A stretch of DNA of 64,000 bases, from assembly GCA_963801355.1 (NCBI GenBank), contig CAWDEM010000004.1, positions 512,001 to 576,000 on the forward strand. Reading direction: 5' to 3'. The stretch's first letter is position 1. Each line of letters opens with the position of its first letter. The stretch comes from Ignavibacteriota bacterium (GTDB taxonomy: Bacteria > Bacteroidota > Ignavibacteria > UBA10030 > UBA6906). Positions 1 to 10,255 of the stretch are shown here, one piece after another. The notes under the pieces were generated by a model. That model was not told the DNA's origin, made no database searches, and worked only from the letters and a program-made list of their open reading frames with translations. The position numbers were made by a program, and so were the translations under genes.

Positions 1-404
1 AACAAAACCGGAGCACCGTCCGCGACATTCCACTTAAGCTTTCACGCGCCGGCTATGTAATGATCCCTGCCAGAAGCAGCGAAGCGCCGTTCGATTTTCC
101 CGGCGCGGATCTGGAGCTGCTGGCGGAAATGGAACACGCCCGCTGGCTGAAGCTGAAGATCACTTCGGGATGGCGGTGGGCTGCGCACACCGACAAACCG
201 AACAGGCTCCATAAAGACATGCTCCCATGGAAGCTCTCTCCTGAAAGACACTCACCAGACGTGCTTACTCCGGCGGAAGAGTCCGTACTCGGCAAGACTG
301 TTCTTCCGGAAGCAGAGAAGGAAAAGGACCGGCAGCTGGTCAGGGTAATTCCACAGATCCTGTCGCGCGCAGGTTACACTGTCGTGAAGCTCGCGAAGCG
401 ATGA
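1..404 (+). CDS. RyR (ryanodine-receptor repeat) domain protein, 5' truncated by the window edge
   Basis: Frame is open from position 3 (QNRSTVRDIPLKLSRAGY...). Contains ELLAEMEHARW...HKDMLPW...LPEAEKEKDR, matching the RyR repeats of CDS 959-2773. Stop overlaps the next ATG (ATGA). Confidence 0.8.
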   Translation, partial: QNRSTVRDIPLKLSRAGYVMIPARSSEAPFDFPGADLELLAEMEHARWLKLKITSGWRWAAHTDKPNRLHKDMLPWKLSPERHSPDVLTPAEESVLGKTVLPEAEKEKDRQLVRVIPQILSRAGYTVVKLAKR

Positions 405-955
405 TCGACGTTGGGGTGACAGGGCATCGAGTTCTGTCGGATATCGACAAAATCTCCGCCGGCATAGATCTGGCCCTTGCTGGTATTCAGGATGCCTATC
501 CGGCGGAACAAATGGCACTCGTGTCTTCCCTTGCCGAGGGAGCAGATCGGCTGGTTGTTTGGCGGGCGCTCGAGCGGATGACGGTGCGGCTGATTGTGCC
601 GCTCCCGCTTCCGGTTGCGCAATATTTGACCGACTTTGTCACAGCGGCCTCAAAAGAAGAATTCCGTGCACTTCTCGGTCGTGCCCATGAGACCATTGCG
701 TTGCCCCCTGCGCCATCGCGCGTCGAGGCATATGAGACAGCAGGGCGATACGTTTTAGAGAGATGCGGTGTTTTGATTGCAGTTTGGGACGGCTGCGCTT
801 CCCAGGATGTGGGAGGAACAGGTGCAATTGTGCGTGAGGCCCGCAAGCGGGGCCTCCCTCTCGCGTGGATTCATGCAGGGAATCGAATTCCGGGGACGAT
901 GCGGCCGACCTCATTGGGAGAGGAGCAGGGAAGAGTGACCTTCGAGAACATGTGA
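401..955 (+). CDS. SLOG-superfamily (Smf/DprA-LOG, YspA-like) nucleotide-binding/processing protein
   Basis: Motifs VGVTGHR, SSLAEGAD, LIVPLP and LIAVWDG..GGTG are typical of SLOG domains. Confidence 0.75.
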   Translation: MIDVGVTGHRVLSDIDKISAGIDLALAGIQDAYPAEQMALVSSLAEGADRLVVWRALERMTVRLIVPLPLPVAQYLTDFVTAASKEEFRALLGRAHETIALPPAPSRVEAYETAGRYVLERCGVLIAVWDGCASQDVGGTGAIVREARKRGLPLAWIHAGNRIPGTMRPTSLGEEQGRVTFENM

Positions 956-958
956 GGG

Positions 959-2773
959 GTGATCATGCGTCCGCCGCGATTTTCTGTCAGAGCTCGTTCG
1001 TTCTACAGAAAGCACCTCAGCCTCCTCTGGAGGAAATCGGAGTGGCCCATCGTGGTCCTCGCTGCATCTACGGCCTTTGTGCTCGGCGCAGTCGGATTCT
1101 CAGAGCACTCTGCCTCTGCCGACGAATCCCATACCCTTCTGGATATTGTGTACCTTACCATTCAGCTCTTTGTCCTTCAGTCCGGAGCTGTGACTCCTTC
1201 ACTTCCCTGGCAGCTTGAGATTGCGAGGTTCCTTGCTCCTGCTATCGCCGGCTACACCGCCGCCCGTGCCCTTGCACAAGCGCTGCGCCGTCAGCTGCAA
1301 TCTCTCCATGCCGGTTTTTTCAAGAACCACGTCGTCATTGCCGGATTGGGCAAGAGAGGAATGCTCCTTGCAGAAGCATTTTATCGTCGCGGGGAGCGGG
1401 TGATCGTGATCGAGTCCGACGATGCGAACGATTTCATCCCTCTCTGCGTGGCGTTGGGAATCCCCGTTTTGGAGGGGGATGCCCGTCAGGCCGGGACGCT
1501 CCTGCTGGCCGGCATCCGCCGGGCTGCACGGTTGTTCGCGGTGGGGAGCGACGACGGAATCAACGCCGAGATTGCCGTCCAGGCACGCACCCTTTGCGCA
1601 CAGCGGACGGGGAATCCGCTCACCTGTCATCTTCATCTCGTTGATCCCGCCCTGTGCGAACTCTTGCAGGAAAGGGAGTTGTCCATCGTTGCCAGCGATC
1701 GCGGTGCCCGATTCGAGTTCTTCAATATCTTTGAGACTGGAGCGCGAGAGATCCTGAAAGAGTACCCTGCCTTCGAACCGAAGTCGCAGCTGCGCCAGCA
1801 CCTGGTGGTGGTCGGCGTGGGACACTTCGGGGAGAGCCTCATCGTCTATGCCGCAAAGGCATGGTGGAAGACCCGCTCCTTGCGGGGCGGACGCCTGCGG
1901 GTCACGCTCCTGGACCGCAACGCCACGCAAAGGCAGAAGATGCTCTCAGTACGGTACCCCCGCCTGGAGCAGGCCTGCGAGCTCATTCCTATTGACATGG
2001 ATATCGACTCACCTGAGTTCTTGCAAGGGGTTTTCCTCGAAGATGACAGTGACCGGCATGGCGTGACGTCGATCTATGTTTGTCTGGACGACGATGCCGT
2101 AGCACTTTCGGCAGGCCTCATGTTGCATGAAGTAGTGAAGGGCCTGGACATTCCCGTGGTTGTTCGGCAGGCGGGAGAGGGCGGCTTGGGCTCCTTCCTA
2201 CAAAAGCGGGTGCCGGACTCGAGCCGGGGGGAGGGCCTGGAGAGTTTCCCGCTTCTGGAGAAGACGTGTCAGCCGGATCTCCTCGTCGGCGGGACGTACG
2301 AAGTCCTTGCCCGTGCGATTCACGAAAAATACATCACGACACAGTTGAAGGCGAAGCCAGCTGTGGATCCTGCGCTTGTACCCTGGGAACACTTGCCCGA
2401 AGCCCTGAAGGAGTCAAATCGCCAGCAGGCAGACAGTATCGGAACCAAGCTGAACCGTTTCCGGTGCATTCTCGAGCCCCTGCGGGACTGGGATGCTTCC
2501 ATCTTCAAATTCTCTCCACAGGAGGAGGAAGTGCTCGCCAGGATGGAACATGATCGATGGCTTTCAGAGCGGCGGCAGAGGGGATGGAAACACAATGCCT
2601 TGGGGAAAGACCTTAAGGGAAAAGCGAGCCCTGCGCTCGTCCCCTGGGAGCAATTGGGTGAGGAGGCGAAGCGAATCGACAGGGAATCCATTCAAAATCT
2701 CCCACTCTTTCTGGCGGAGATCGGACTCGGGATACGCCGGCTTCCGGCGGTGGGATCCCCGAAAGGACGCTGA
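959..2773 (+). CDS. Two-TM ion-channel-like protein with two TrkA-N/RCK domains and a C-terminal RyR repeat pair
   Basis: Two N-terminal hydrophobic helices flank a pore-like helix (LLDIVYLTIQLF). Rossmann motifs HVVIAGLGKRG and HLVVVGVGHFG. RyR repeats EVLARAIHEKY..LVPWEHL and EVLARMEHDRW..LVPWEQL. Confidence 0.8.
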   Translation: MIMRPPRFSVRARSFYRKHLSLLWRKSEWPIVVLAASTAFVLGAVGFSEHSASADESHTLLDIVYLTIQLFVLQSGAVTPSLPWQLEIARFLAPAIAGYTAARALAQALRRQLQSLHAGFFKNHVVIAGLGKRGMLLAEAFYRRGERVIVIESDDANDFIPLCVALGIPVLEGDARQAGTLLLAGIRRAARLFAVGSDDGINAEIAVQARTLCAQRTGNPLTCHLHLVDPALCELLQERELSIVASDRGARFEFFNIFETGAREILKEYPAFEPKSQLRQHLVVVGVGHFGESLIVYAAKAWWKTRSLRGGRLRVTLLDRNATQRQKMLSVRYPRLEQACELIPIDMDIDSPEFLQGVFLEDDSDRHGVTSIYVCLDDDAVALSAGLMLHEVVKGLDIPVVVRQAGEGGLGSFLQKRVPDSSRGEGLESFPLLEKTCQPDLLVGGTYEVLARAIHEKYITTQLKAKPAVDPALVPWEHLPEALKESNRQQADSIGTKLNRFRCILEPLRDWDASIFKFSPQEEEVLARMEHDRWLSERRQRGWKHNALGKDLKGKASPALVPWEQLGEEAKRIDRESIQNLPLFLAEIGLGIRRLPAVGSPKGR

Positions 2774-2775
2774 CC

Positions 2776-5700
2776 ATGCCGATGCCCTGGAAGACAATCC
2801 GCATTTTCATTTCCTCCACCTTCCGTGACATGCACGCGGAGAGGGATCACCTTGTCCGCGTCGTGTTCCCCGAGCTCAAGGAACGCTGTCGCAAGATTCA
2901 CGTTCACCTGATCGATGTCGACCTCCGGTGGGGTGTGAGCGAGCAGGACGCACAGGACGGGAAGGCCCTGGATATCTGTCTGGATGAAATTGACACCTGC
3001 CGCCCCTTCTTCCTCGGTCTCCTTGGTCATCGGTACGGGTGGATTCCTGACGGTGAGCACCACTCGATCACAGCGCAGGAGATCTACCATGGTGTGCTCG
3101 GAAACGACATCCCACGGCAGGTTGTTGACCTTCGGGGAATACTCGAAGGGAAGCTCGAGCACCGGCCGCTGACCGAAATGCAGCGGGATGTGCTGCAGCG
3201 TGCGTACCGCCAGGATCTGCAGAAAAGAAAACACATTCTCGCGGAGGACGTCACTGACGAGGAAAGGAACGTCATCTGTTCGGTGTTCGCCGGTTACGCC
3301 CGATACCAAAAGGACCGCAGCTTCTTCTTTTTCCGTTCCGAAGCCCTAAGCCGGCAACTGGCGGGTTCACGTCTGGCGGAGTTCTTCGAAGAGACGGGCG
3401 AGATGAGAGAACGACTTGCCCGCCTCAAGAATCAGATTCGGGAATCCGGTCTCAGCTGGTTCGATTATGACACCGTGGAAGAACTCGGGCAGAAGATCGT
3501 GGAGTCGCTCTGGACAGCGATCGGCCATGAGGTAGGCCCGCAGCCCGAGCCTGCGGTGGATTGGGTGGAGGAAGAAACCGAGCTCCACCAACTGTTCATC
3601 GCGGAGAGGACCCCGAGATTTGCGGGAAGGCGGGAGACACTTGATGCCCTGCACCAGTTTGTCGAAGACGAGTCCGATGCCCGGGTTCTACTTGCGTCGG
3701 GCGAACCTGGCTGCGGCAAGTCCGCTCTGTTCGCCCGGTTCACAGAAGAGTTGACCGGCCGCCACCCTGACTGGCAAGTGATCTCACATTTTGCCGGTGC
3801 ATCCGCCGCATCGACATCACTCAACTCGATGCTTCGAAGACTATGCACGATTCTGTACCGAACCTGCGGTTTCCTCAGGCAAATGGAACATCGCCTCCGA
3901 GACGTGCAGGGAGACGACGAACGCGCTCGGGCGGCCCGGGAGGTCATCGAAAAGGAGTACACCATCCCGGAGCGGACGGCGGACCTCATCCTCACGCTTT
4001 CCTCCTTCATCCGCATGGTGGAATCATCGAAAAGAGTCGTGCTCATTCTCGATGCGGTAGACCAGATAGACGTTTCGGTTGAATGGGGACGGCTGGACTG
4101 GTTTCCAAGTCGGTTCCCTCCCAATGTTCGGTGTATCGCCAGTTCTGTTCCCGGCCGGACTTTTGACGCCCTAAAGAAACGATGTGCCGGCTCCCAAATC
4201 CTCACAATCCACGGATTGGCAGTACAGGATCTCCGCGCTCTCGTTTCCGCCTATCTAAGCGAAATACGGCATGAATTCCCCACAAAGGAAATCGAGTCTC
4301 TCTTCTTCGAGAAGGTGAAAGAAGGGAATCCACTCTACACGATCGTCGCGCTCGAGGAGCTTCGCGTCTTCGGCAAATTTGAAGCTGTGAAAGACCGGGT
4401 GCTGCAACTACCCGAAAGTATCACCAGCTTGTTCAATCAAGTACTGGAAAGGCTGGAGACCGATTTCGGTGAGTCTCTGGTCCGTACCTGTATGTCTCTG
4501 ATCTTCTGCGGACGAAACGGCCTAACGGCAGTCGAACTGAAGACCCTGCTGGCTCGGCATGCCGGTCTGCCGAACCTCGAGGCGGTGGACCGGATACCGG
4601 ACATGCTCTGGGCCCGCCTGTACAGCGCATTCCGGGTGTACGCAGTCGAACGATCCGGAGCGATCGATTTTTTTCATGGGCAACTCAAGGAAGCTGTCGG
4701 TCAACGGTATTTCGGGTCAGGGAGAGCACGAGTGCGGAATCACTCGATCCTCGCGCGGTACTTCGAACAACGATGGAGTGAACCATATTGGCGTGGGCTG
4801 GTTGAACTGCCTTTTCAGCTCACACATGCAGCAGATTTGGAAGGTCTTGCAAGGGTCCTGGGTGATCTCAGGTTTGTTGAGGCCAAATCAAGCGCGGAGA
4901 TGGTCACCGACCTGGAACTCGACTACCGGAGAGCACTCCTTATGTGGCCCGGGGAACAGAACGATCTCTTCGAGCATCCGGTTCCCGATGAAGATGAAAG
5001 TAGGAATATCCCGGCGGTCATTGCAGCCATGAAAGCTGTGCAAGTTGGGCCTGACGACAACGCCCGGGCTGAAGACGATCCGCTGCGTCACGTGCTGCAG
5101 ATGTCCTCATTTGTGTCGGCGTACAGCGTGCGTCTTTCCGAGTATCCGGGTGAAACCATCCCCCTTGCCCGGAACCATGCACGAAGCGGCTTTGTGGTGT
5201 CACAGGCAGAACGGCTCGCTGAGGAATTGTCGCGCCCCTGGCTGGCACGAGACCCCAGACCCGATCCCATGCCCTCTCGCCCGGCCTGCATGCGCCAGCT
5301 GGACGAAGGAGGTTTCAACACAGTCTGTGTGGCGCTTTCATCCGATGGGAGGTGGGCGGCAGCCGGCAACAAAGAGGGCAAGCTAAGAGTATGGGACCTC
5401 AGCACCGGGGATGTACGCGAGCCGTTTCCGGAACAGCGCGGATCCCTGTCACGCGTGGTATTCAGCGAGGACGGAACACAACTCTTGTCGGCGTCACTCC
5501 CGGAAAAACGGCAGGACTACATAGACGTGTTGATGACGGGGAAGAAGACAAAGAGCTACGGTATCGAGAATGCGGATCCCGCTTCCGTGCGTCTGTGGGA
5601 TGTTGAATCCGGTGCGCTCCTCCGCAGCACTCGCGGAATAGCCGAAGGCGCCGCAGGTGTGGCGACGTCGTTTGATCTCCGGATGGGATTGCTCGCATGT

Positions 5701-8388
5701 GTGGAGAAAGCCGAAGTCTGGGATCTCGTCAGCGGTCGATCACTTCGCACGCTTCAGGGATATTCCGCAACAGAGATGTCACTAGCCATGACGCCTGACG
5801 GGAGGGTCGGCATCACCGGAGGTCAGGACCGGGAGGCCAGGCTCTGGGATATTCTCTCCGGCACATGCCTCAGGATTCTCCACGACCACACCTCTGTTGT
5901 GAGCGCAGTGGCCGTTACGCCGGACGCCCGGTTCGTTGCCTGTGGGTGCGGGAAGGAAGATTTGGAAGTGAGAGGAGGGGGGCTCGTGGTCTGGGATTTG
6001 CAATCAGGCAAGCTACTCAAGGGATTCGAAGGGCATGAGGACGCCGTGACCGGAGTCTGGCTGAGTCCCGATGGCCGTCTGCTTCTCTCCGCCGGCGAAG
6101 ATGAGGTCATACGTGCGTGGGATGTTGCGTCGGGAGAATGCATACGCGCGATACAAACGCCGGCGCCCGTGATAATGTTTGCGGTCTCGCGATCCGGAAA
6201 AATAGCGGTTACACTGGACAAGGCGAGAAACCTCCACGCCTGGAATATTGCCACTGGGAGGGCGCCGCGGACAGTTCGCCGCAAGGCGGAAACGCCGGTA
6301 TCGGGACCGGCGGACCTCCACCGTGTTCTCGCGTCGCTCAAGTACTACACTCCCTCAATAAACGGGATAGCAGTTCTCCCACCGGGGAGGGAGGCCGTTG
6401 CCTGCCGGGGCGACTGCTGCGTGACCACATATGACCTGAACACAGGTGATGCTGTCCAAACGCTCACAGGGCACCAGCTCGACATCAATGACATCGCAAA
6501 CGCAACTGCGACGGTCGTCGTCACCGCAGCTTCCGACAACCAGATCCGGGTGTGGGACACCGGTCCGGGCAAGTGCATGCGTGTCCTGAAAGGACACACG
6601 GGCTCAGTCCATGCCGTTGCTATCACACCTGACGGGCGGTATGCCGTATCCGGCGCGAATGGAAGCGGAAAGGGGCCGGACGCGGATCACACAATGCGAT
6701 TGTGGGACCTGGCCGATGGAACCTGCCTCAAGATCATGAAAGGTCACAAGCACTGGGTTATGGATGTGGCATTCACACCCGACGCCAGGACGGTGGTGTC
6801 CGGGAGCACGGATCACTACATCCGCGTATGGGATGTTGCGACGGGAGAGTGCCGGTCAGAAATCCCTGTGAACGGAACAGAGAGCTATGTCGAGCGCCTC
6901 ACGCTTTCTCACGACGGCAGGCGCGCTTATGCGGTGTATCTTGACGGTTGCATTCGGGTGTGGGACATAGTTACGGGGGAATCGCGGGGGGAATTCGGCG
7001 CACACCGGCGCTACGGGACCGATATTACGCTTTCTCCTGACGGCAATACTGTGGTAAGTTCTGGGGTGGATGGAACAGTCCGCGTGTGGGACGCCGGCAG
7101 CGGACAGTGCCTAGTTGTGTACCATGCACACGCTCCTGTGAGCTCGCTTTCTTCGATGCGGGCGGATGGGACACTGGTCTGCGGGACGGTGGCGGGAGAA
7201 GTGCAGATACTGAAGTTGCGGGGCCGCAGCCAAGACCTCCCGATCGTGACAGGCTTTCGTCCGTTTCGGTATCCGGATTCTAGGGAGTCCAGGGAGAGTG
7301 CTGCGGGCCAATCGAGTACAGGCCCGGGAGCGTACGGTGGAGCGATCATATGCGTCTGTCCCTGGTGTGGCGATGAGTCAGCGATTCCGGCCGGCATACT
7401 TGCACGGCTCGAAGAGCAAAGTCGGAAGGTTGGCTCAGAAGCCATCGGATGCCTTGCATTGGCGGCAGAGAAGTTTCAGGATCCCATGCTTGCGATCCGC
7501 TGTACAGTGTGTGGGAAGCTGATGCGGCTGAACCCATTCGCGCTCGACAAGCCGGCCATGCCCAGGGCGTCATGGAGGAACGATCCCGTTCTGCGAGGGG
7601 CGCTGCATCCGGAACATCCTGACGCGGTTACTGTGCTCGTACACGAGAAGGAGGGCGGCATATCCGGACACAAACCTGTCCGCATGTGGGTGGAGATTTT
7701 CGATAAGCGCGGTGACGTCTATGTGGGAACGGTACGAAGCGAATCACCCCTTTCGACAGTGAGCGAAGGGGATACCATTCTGTTCGTTGCGGTGGAAAAG
7801 GCGAAACAGTTCGTACACATCACTCCACAGTACCTTGAGGAACGGAAATCATGGCGCTTCGAGCCATGCAAGAAGTGCGGGTTCCCGATGGGATTCGAGC
7901 CACCCTCAGTTCTTCTCGAGAGGGCCGTGAGCGACCCTGCGGATCGCAATCAAACCCTGCGGTGCGCGGTCCCGTGTCCGGTCTGCGACGGCCAACAAAT
8001 GCTTGTCCGCCGGGATGGAGGGGATGAGGATCAACGGGACGCGGAGCGGAAGACTGCAGAAACCGCACCGCCTTCCGAACTCATTGTCGGAGACATAGCG
8101 CGATACGTTCTCTTCAAGCAGGCGGTAGTTCAGGGGTCGAAAGGAAACTCAAAACAGGCGCTCGCCCTATATACGCAACAAGGACGAATCTGCAACCAAA
8201 CGCGGGACGTCGCAGGCTATGCCTTGTGCCTAGCCAATCAGGCATTGCAGACAGTACGATCCGGAGCGTCGGCCGGCGAAGCACTGAAGCTCGCGGAAGA
8301 GGCGCATGCCCTGTGTGTGCAGCACCGCCTCGCCGAGCTCGCAGAGCAGCTGGGGCCGGTTCTCGAGGAGCTGCGCCGGATGGCGTAA
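2776..8388 (+). CDS. DUF4062-NACHT/STAND ATPase-WD40 protein (TEP1/NWD-like) with C-terminal Zn ribbons and TPR-like tail
   Basis: N-terminal IRIFISSTFRDMHAERDHL (DUF4062). Walker A GEPGCGKS and Walker B LILDAVD. Many GH...WD repeats. CPWC/CTVC and CKKC/CPVC pairs. Confidence 0.88.
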   Translation: MPMPWKTIRIFISSTFRDMHAERDHLVRVVFPELKERCRKIHVHLIDVDLRWGVSEQDAQDGKALDICLDEIDTCRPFFLGLLGHRYGWIPDGEHHSITAQEIYHGVLGNDIPRQVVDLRGILEGKLEHRPLTEMQRDVLQRAYRQDLQKRKHILAEDVTDEERNVICSVFAGYARYQKDRSFFFFRSEALSRQLAGSRLAEFFEETGEMRERLARLKNQIRESGLSWFDYDTVEELGQKIVESLWTAIGHEVGPQPEPAVDWVEEETELHQLFIAERTPRFAGRRETLDALHQFVEDESDARVLLASGEPGCGKSALFARFTEELTGRHPDWQVISHFAGASAASTSLNSMLRRLCTILYRTCGFLRQMEHRLRDVQGDDERARAAREVIEKEYTIPERTADLILTLSSFIRMVESSKRVVLILDAVDQIDVSVEWGRLDWFPSRFPPNVRCIASSVPGRTFDALKKRCAGSQILTIHGLAVQDLRALVSAYLSEIRHEFPTKEIESLFFEKVKEGNPLYTIVALEELRVFGKFEAVKDRVLQLPESITSLFNQVLERLETDFGESLVRTCMSLIFCGRNGLTAVELKTLLARHAGLPNLEAVDRIPDMLWARLYSAFRVYAVERSGAIDFFHGQLKEAVGQRYFGSGRARVRNHSILARYFEQRWSEPYWRGLVELPFQLTHAADLEGLARVLGDLRFVEAKSSAEMVTDLELDYRRALLMWPGEQNDLFEHPVPDEDESRNIPAVIAAMKAVQVGPDDNARAEDDPLRHVLQMSSFVSAYSVRLSEYPGETIPLARNHARSGFVVSQAERLAEELSRPWLARDPRPDPMPSRPACMRQLDEGGFNTVCVALSSDGRWAAAGNKEGKLRVWDLSTGDVREPFPEQRGSLSRVVFSEDGTQLLSASLPEKRQDYIDVLMTGKKTKSYGIENADPASVRLWDVESGALLRSTRGIAEGAAGVATSFDLRMGLLACVEKAEVWDLVSGRSLRTLQGYSATEMSLAMTPDGRVGITGGQDREARLWDILSGTCLRILHDHTSVVSAVAVTPDARFVACGCGKEDLEVRGGGLVVWDLQSGKLLKGFEGHEDAVTGVWLSPDGRLLLSAGEDEVIRAWDVASGECIRAIQTPAPVIMFAVSRSGKIAVTLDKARNLHAWNIATGRAPRTVRRKAETPVSGPADLHRVLASLKYYTPSINGIAVLPPGREAVACRGDCCVTTYDLNTGDAVQTLTGHQLDINDIANATATVVVTAASDNQIRVWDTGPGKCMRVLKGHTGSVHAVAITPDGRYAVSGANGSGKGPDADHTMRLWDLADGTCLKIMKGHKHWVMDVAFTPDARTVVSGSTDHYIRVWDVATGECRSEIPVNGTESYVERLTLSHDGRRAYAVYLDGCIRVWDIVTGESRGEFGAHRRYGTDITLSPDGNTVVSSGVDGTVRVWDAGSGQCLVVYHAHAPVSSLSSMRADGTLVCGTVAGEVQILKLRGRSQDLPIVTGFRPFRYPDSRESRESAAGQSSTGPGAYGGAIICVCPWCGDESAIPAGILARLEEQSRKVGSEAIGCLALAAEKFQDPMLAIRCTVCGKLMRLNPFALDKPAMPRASWRNDPVLRGALHPEHPDAVTVLVHEKEGGISGHKPVRMWVEIFDKRGDVYVGTVRSESPLSTVSEGDTILFVAVEKAKQFVHITPQYLEERKSWRFEPCKKCGFPMGFEPPSVLLERAVSDPADRNQTLRCAVPCPVCDGQQMLVRRDGGDEDQRDAERKTAETAPPSELIVGDIARYVLFKQAVVQGSKGNSKQALALYTQQGRICNQTRDVAGYALCLANQALQTVRSGASAGEALKLAEEAHALCVQHRLAELAEQLGPVLEELRRMA

Positions 8389-9711
8389 TCAGCTCAGCCC
8401 CAGTTTCTTCTTGATGGCTTTCAGGGCGGCGGCGGTTATGAAATAGGTGAGGAACAATACACCCATATATACGTACTTGCCAAGGCCTAGGGCGCTCGCA
8501 ACCAATGCGGCAATCGCCGGGATGGCATACTCGGGATAGTAGCGCATCAGAACACCCATCCCGAGCAGGGAGAGCACCATAATCCAATCACCGAGACTTG
8601 TAAAGTACGCCATCAAAGCGAGGACGATTCCCGTGAACGGATACACAACGATATACCTAAATTGCTGCCTTGGAGGCATCTGGCTCCATAAACCGGACAG
8701 AAGAGGCGGTCTCTGGATTTCCCGAAGGCGCTGGAGCACGATCTGCTTTGACTCGTTCTGGGACGGTGCAAGGCGAAGATACTGTATGTATCCATCAATC
8801 GCTTCTTTGGGATGACCGGAAGCATCGAGCGCACTCGCTCTTCGCACAACGGCTTCGGGGTCTGTTGGGTTGGCTTTCGCGTAAGCGTCGAAATCAGGAA
8901 AGGCTTCCTTGGGCTTCTTCAGTAAAATGAGCGCGGACCCCCGGATGAATCGTGTGTACAGGTCGGAAGGATCGAGCTCAATGGCCCGGGTACAGTCCGC
9001 GACCGAGAGTTTGACCGCTTCCAGAGTTACGGATTTCCGAATGAGAAAAAGACGCCCGCGACGGGCGTATGCATCGGCGTTCTTGGGGTCCAGCTCGATT
9101 GCGCGGGTGAAGTCGCGAAACGCCTCATCAGGCATCTCCTTGTGTGCATAGCCAGCACCCCGATCGACGTATGCTGAGGCTTTTCCAGGGGAGAGGCGAA
9201 TGGCAGCGGAATAATCCTCTATGGCAAGATCATACATGTTCTTGCGATGGTAGGAGAGCCCTCGCTCGATGTAGAGGCCCGTTTTGTCGATGGCTCCCTC
9301 TAGCGCGATGGTGCAGTCGGCTATCGCTTCGTCAAACATCCCTTTCGTTCGGTACATCATTGCACGCCAATGATAGGCGGGCCACCTCTCCGGATCGCGG
9401 TCTATCATTGTCGTGAAGTCAGCAATGCCCTCATCGATTCTCCCTAGGTCGAAATATGCTTGTCCCCGTGTAAAGTACGCTTCGATGTTGGACGGGTCGA
9501 ATTGAATGGCCTTTGTAGCATCTGCGACCGCCGCTTCCATGTTACCGGACAGTCGGTACGCTTCGGCCCGTCCGAAAATCGTCGGAGCATCTTCCGGGTC
9601 GAACGACAGGATCTGCGTAAAGGTAGTGACCGCTTCGTTTGGCCGCCCCTTTTCGAGTTGGTCTATTCCCACCCGGAATAGCGCCGCCTTCACTGCCTGG
9701 TCGTAGGCCAT
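8389..9711 (-). CDS. TPR-repeat protein with C-terminal transmembrane helices
   Basis: Repeated 34-aa TPR pattern (AY..RG.AY..G..DEAI.D...AI.LDP) and a hydrophobic C-terminus. Start at 9711 (MAYDQ) follows AAGGA. Stop codon directly abuts the stop of the STAND gene. Confidence 0.85.
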   Translation of the reverse strand: MAYDQAVKAALFRVGIDQLEKGRPNEAVTTFTQILSFDPEDAPTIFGRAEAYRLSGNMEAAVADATKAIQFDPSNIEAYFTRGQAYFDLGRIDEGIADFTTMIDRDPERWPAYHWRAMMYRTKGMFDEAIADCTIALEGAIDKTGLYIERGLSYHRKNMYDLAIEDYSAAIRLSPGKASAYVDRGAGYAHKEMPDEAFRDFTRAIELDPKNADAYARRGRLFLIRKSVTLEAVKLSVADCTRAIELDPSDLYTRFIRGSALILLKKPKEAFPDFDAYAKANPTDPEAVVRRASALDASGHPKEAIDGYIQYLRLAPSQNESKQIVLQRLREIQRPPLLSGLWSQMPPRQQFRYIVVYPFTGIVLALMAYFTSLGDWIMVLSLLGMGVLMRYYPEYAIPAIAALVASALGLGKYVYMGVLFLTYFITAAALKAIKKKLGLS

Positions 9712-10212
9712 TTGATGTTCCTTTGCGAGTGGATGGTGTTGGGACGGGAATGATGCAAGCTTGAAAACGCTGTGCGCTTCGGACGGATACCCATGGGAGG
9801 TTTTGACGTCCCCGATCAAATCTCCCAATGGCGCTATCTAGCGAAGAGCAATGACAAAAGCAAGAGCTGGCAACCGCTGATGCGGGAACTGACCCCATCG
9901 CCAAGAAGTTATCCCCTTTCGAAAGAGTTCATTCTCATCTCGATTTCGGAACCGAGGTGCAGCCTTGGCTCTGGAGATCACGTGTCGGATGGAGGAAAGG
10001 ACGGGACGAAAGAATCAACCTCGATCGTGTGGAAAGCCTGCGCGGAGTGTGGCAAAGCTGTATTGGTTGGCAGCATGTGTGTTCAAAACATGCTGTGACG
10101 AGTGTGACAGATTCGTGCTACTTTTTTGTAACTCTATGCAAAGTATGCGCTGTATGCACTCACTCTGCCTCAAAACCGCCACTTTTTCACCGGAACGCGA
10201 GCCTGTGCTTTC

Positions 10213-10255
10213 TTTGGGACCAAGAAGTCGCAGGTTCAAATCCTGTCGCCCCGAC
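10213..10255 (+). mobile_element. tRNA-Pro(TGG) 3' half, attachment-site core (not a full tRNA)
   Basis: TTTGGGA anticodon loop, CCAAG, AAGTC, GCAGG-TTCAAAT-CCTGT T-arm, CGCCCCGAC. No intact D-arm or 5' acceptor strand upstream. Confidence 0.85.

Noticed and set aside
5290-7200. Diversity-generating or near-identical DNA repeats in the WD40 region
   Set aside because: Repeats are divergent at DNA level, and no reverse transcriptase or template/variable repeat pair was seen.
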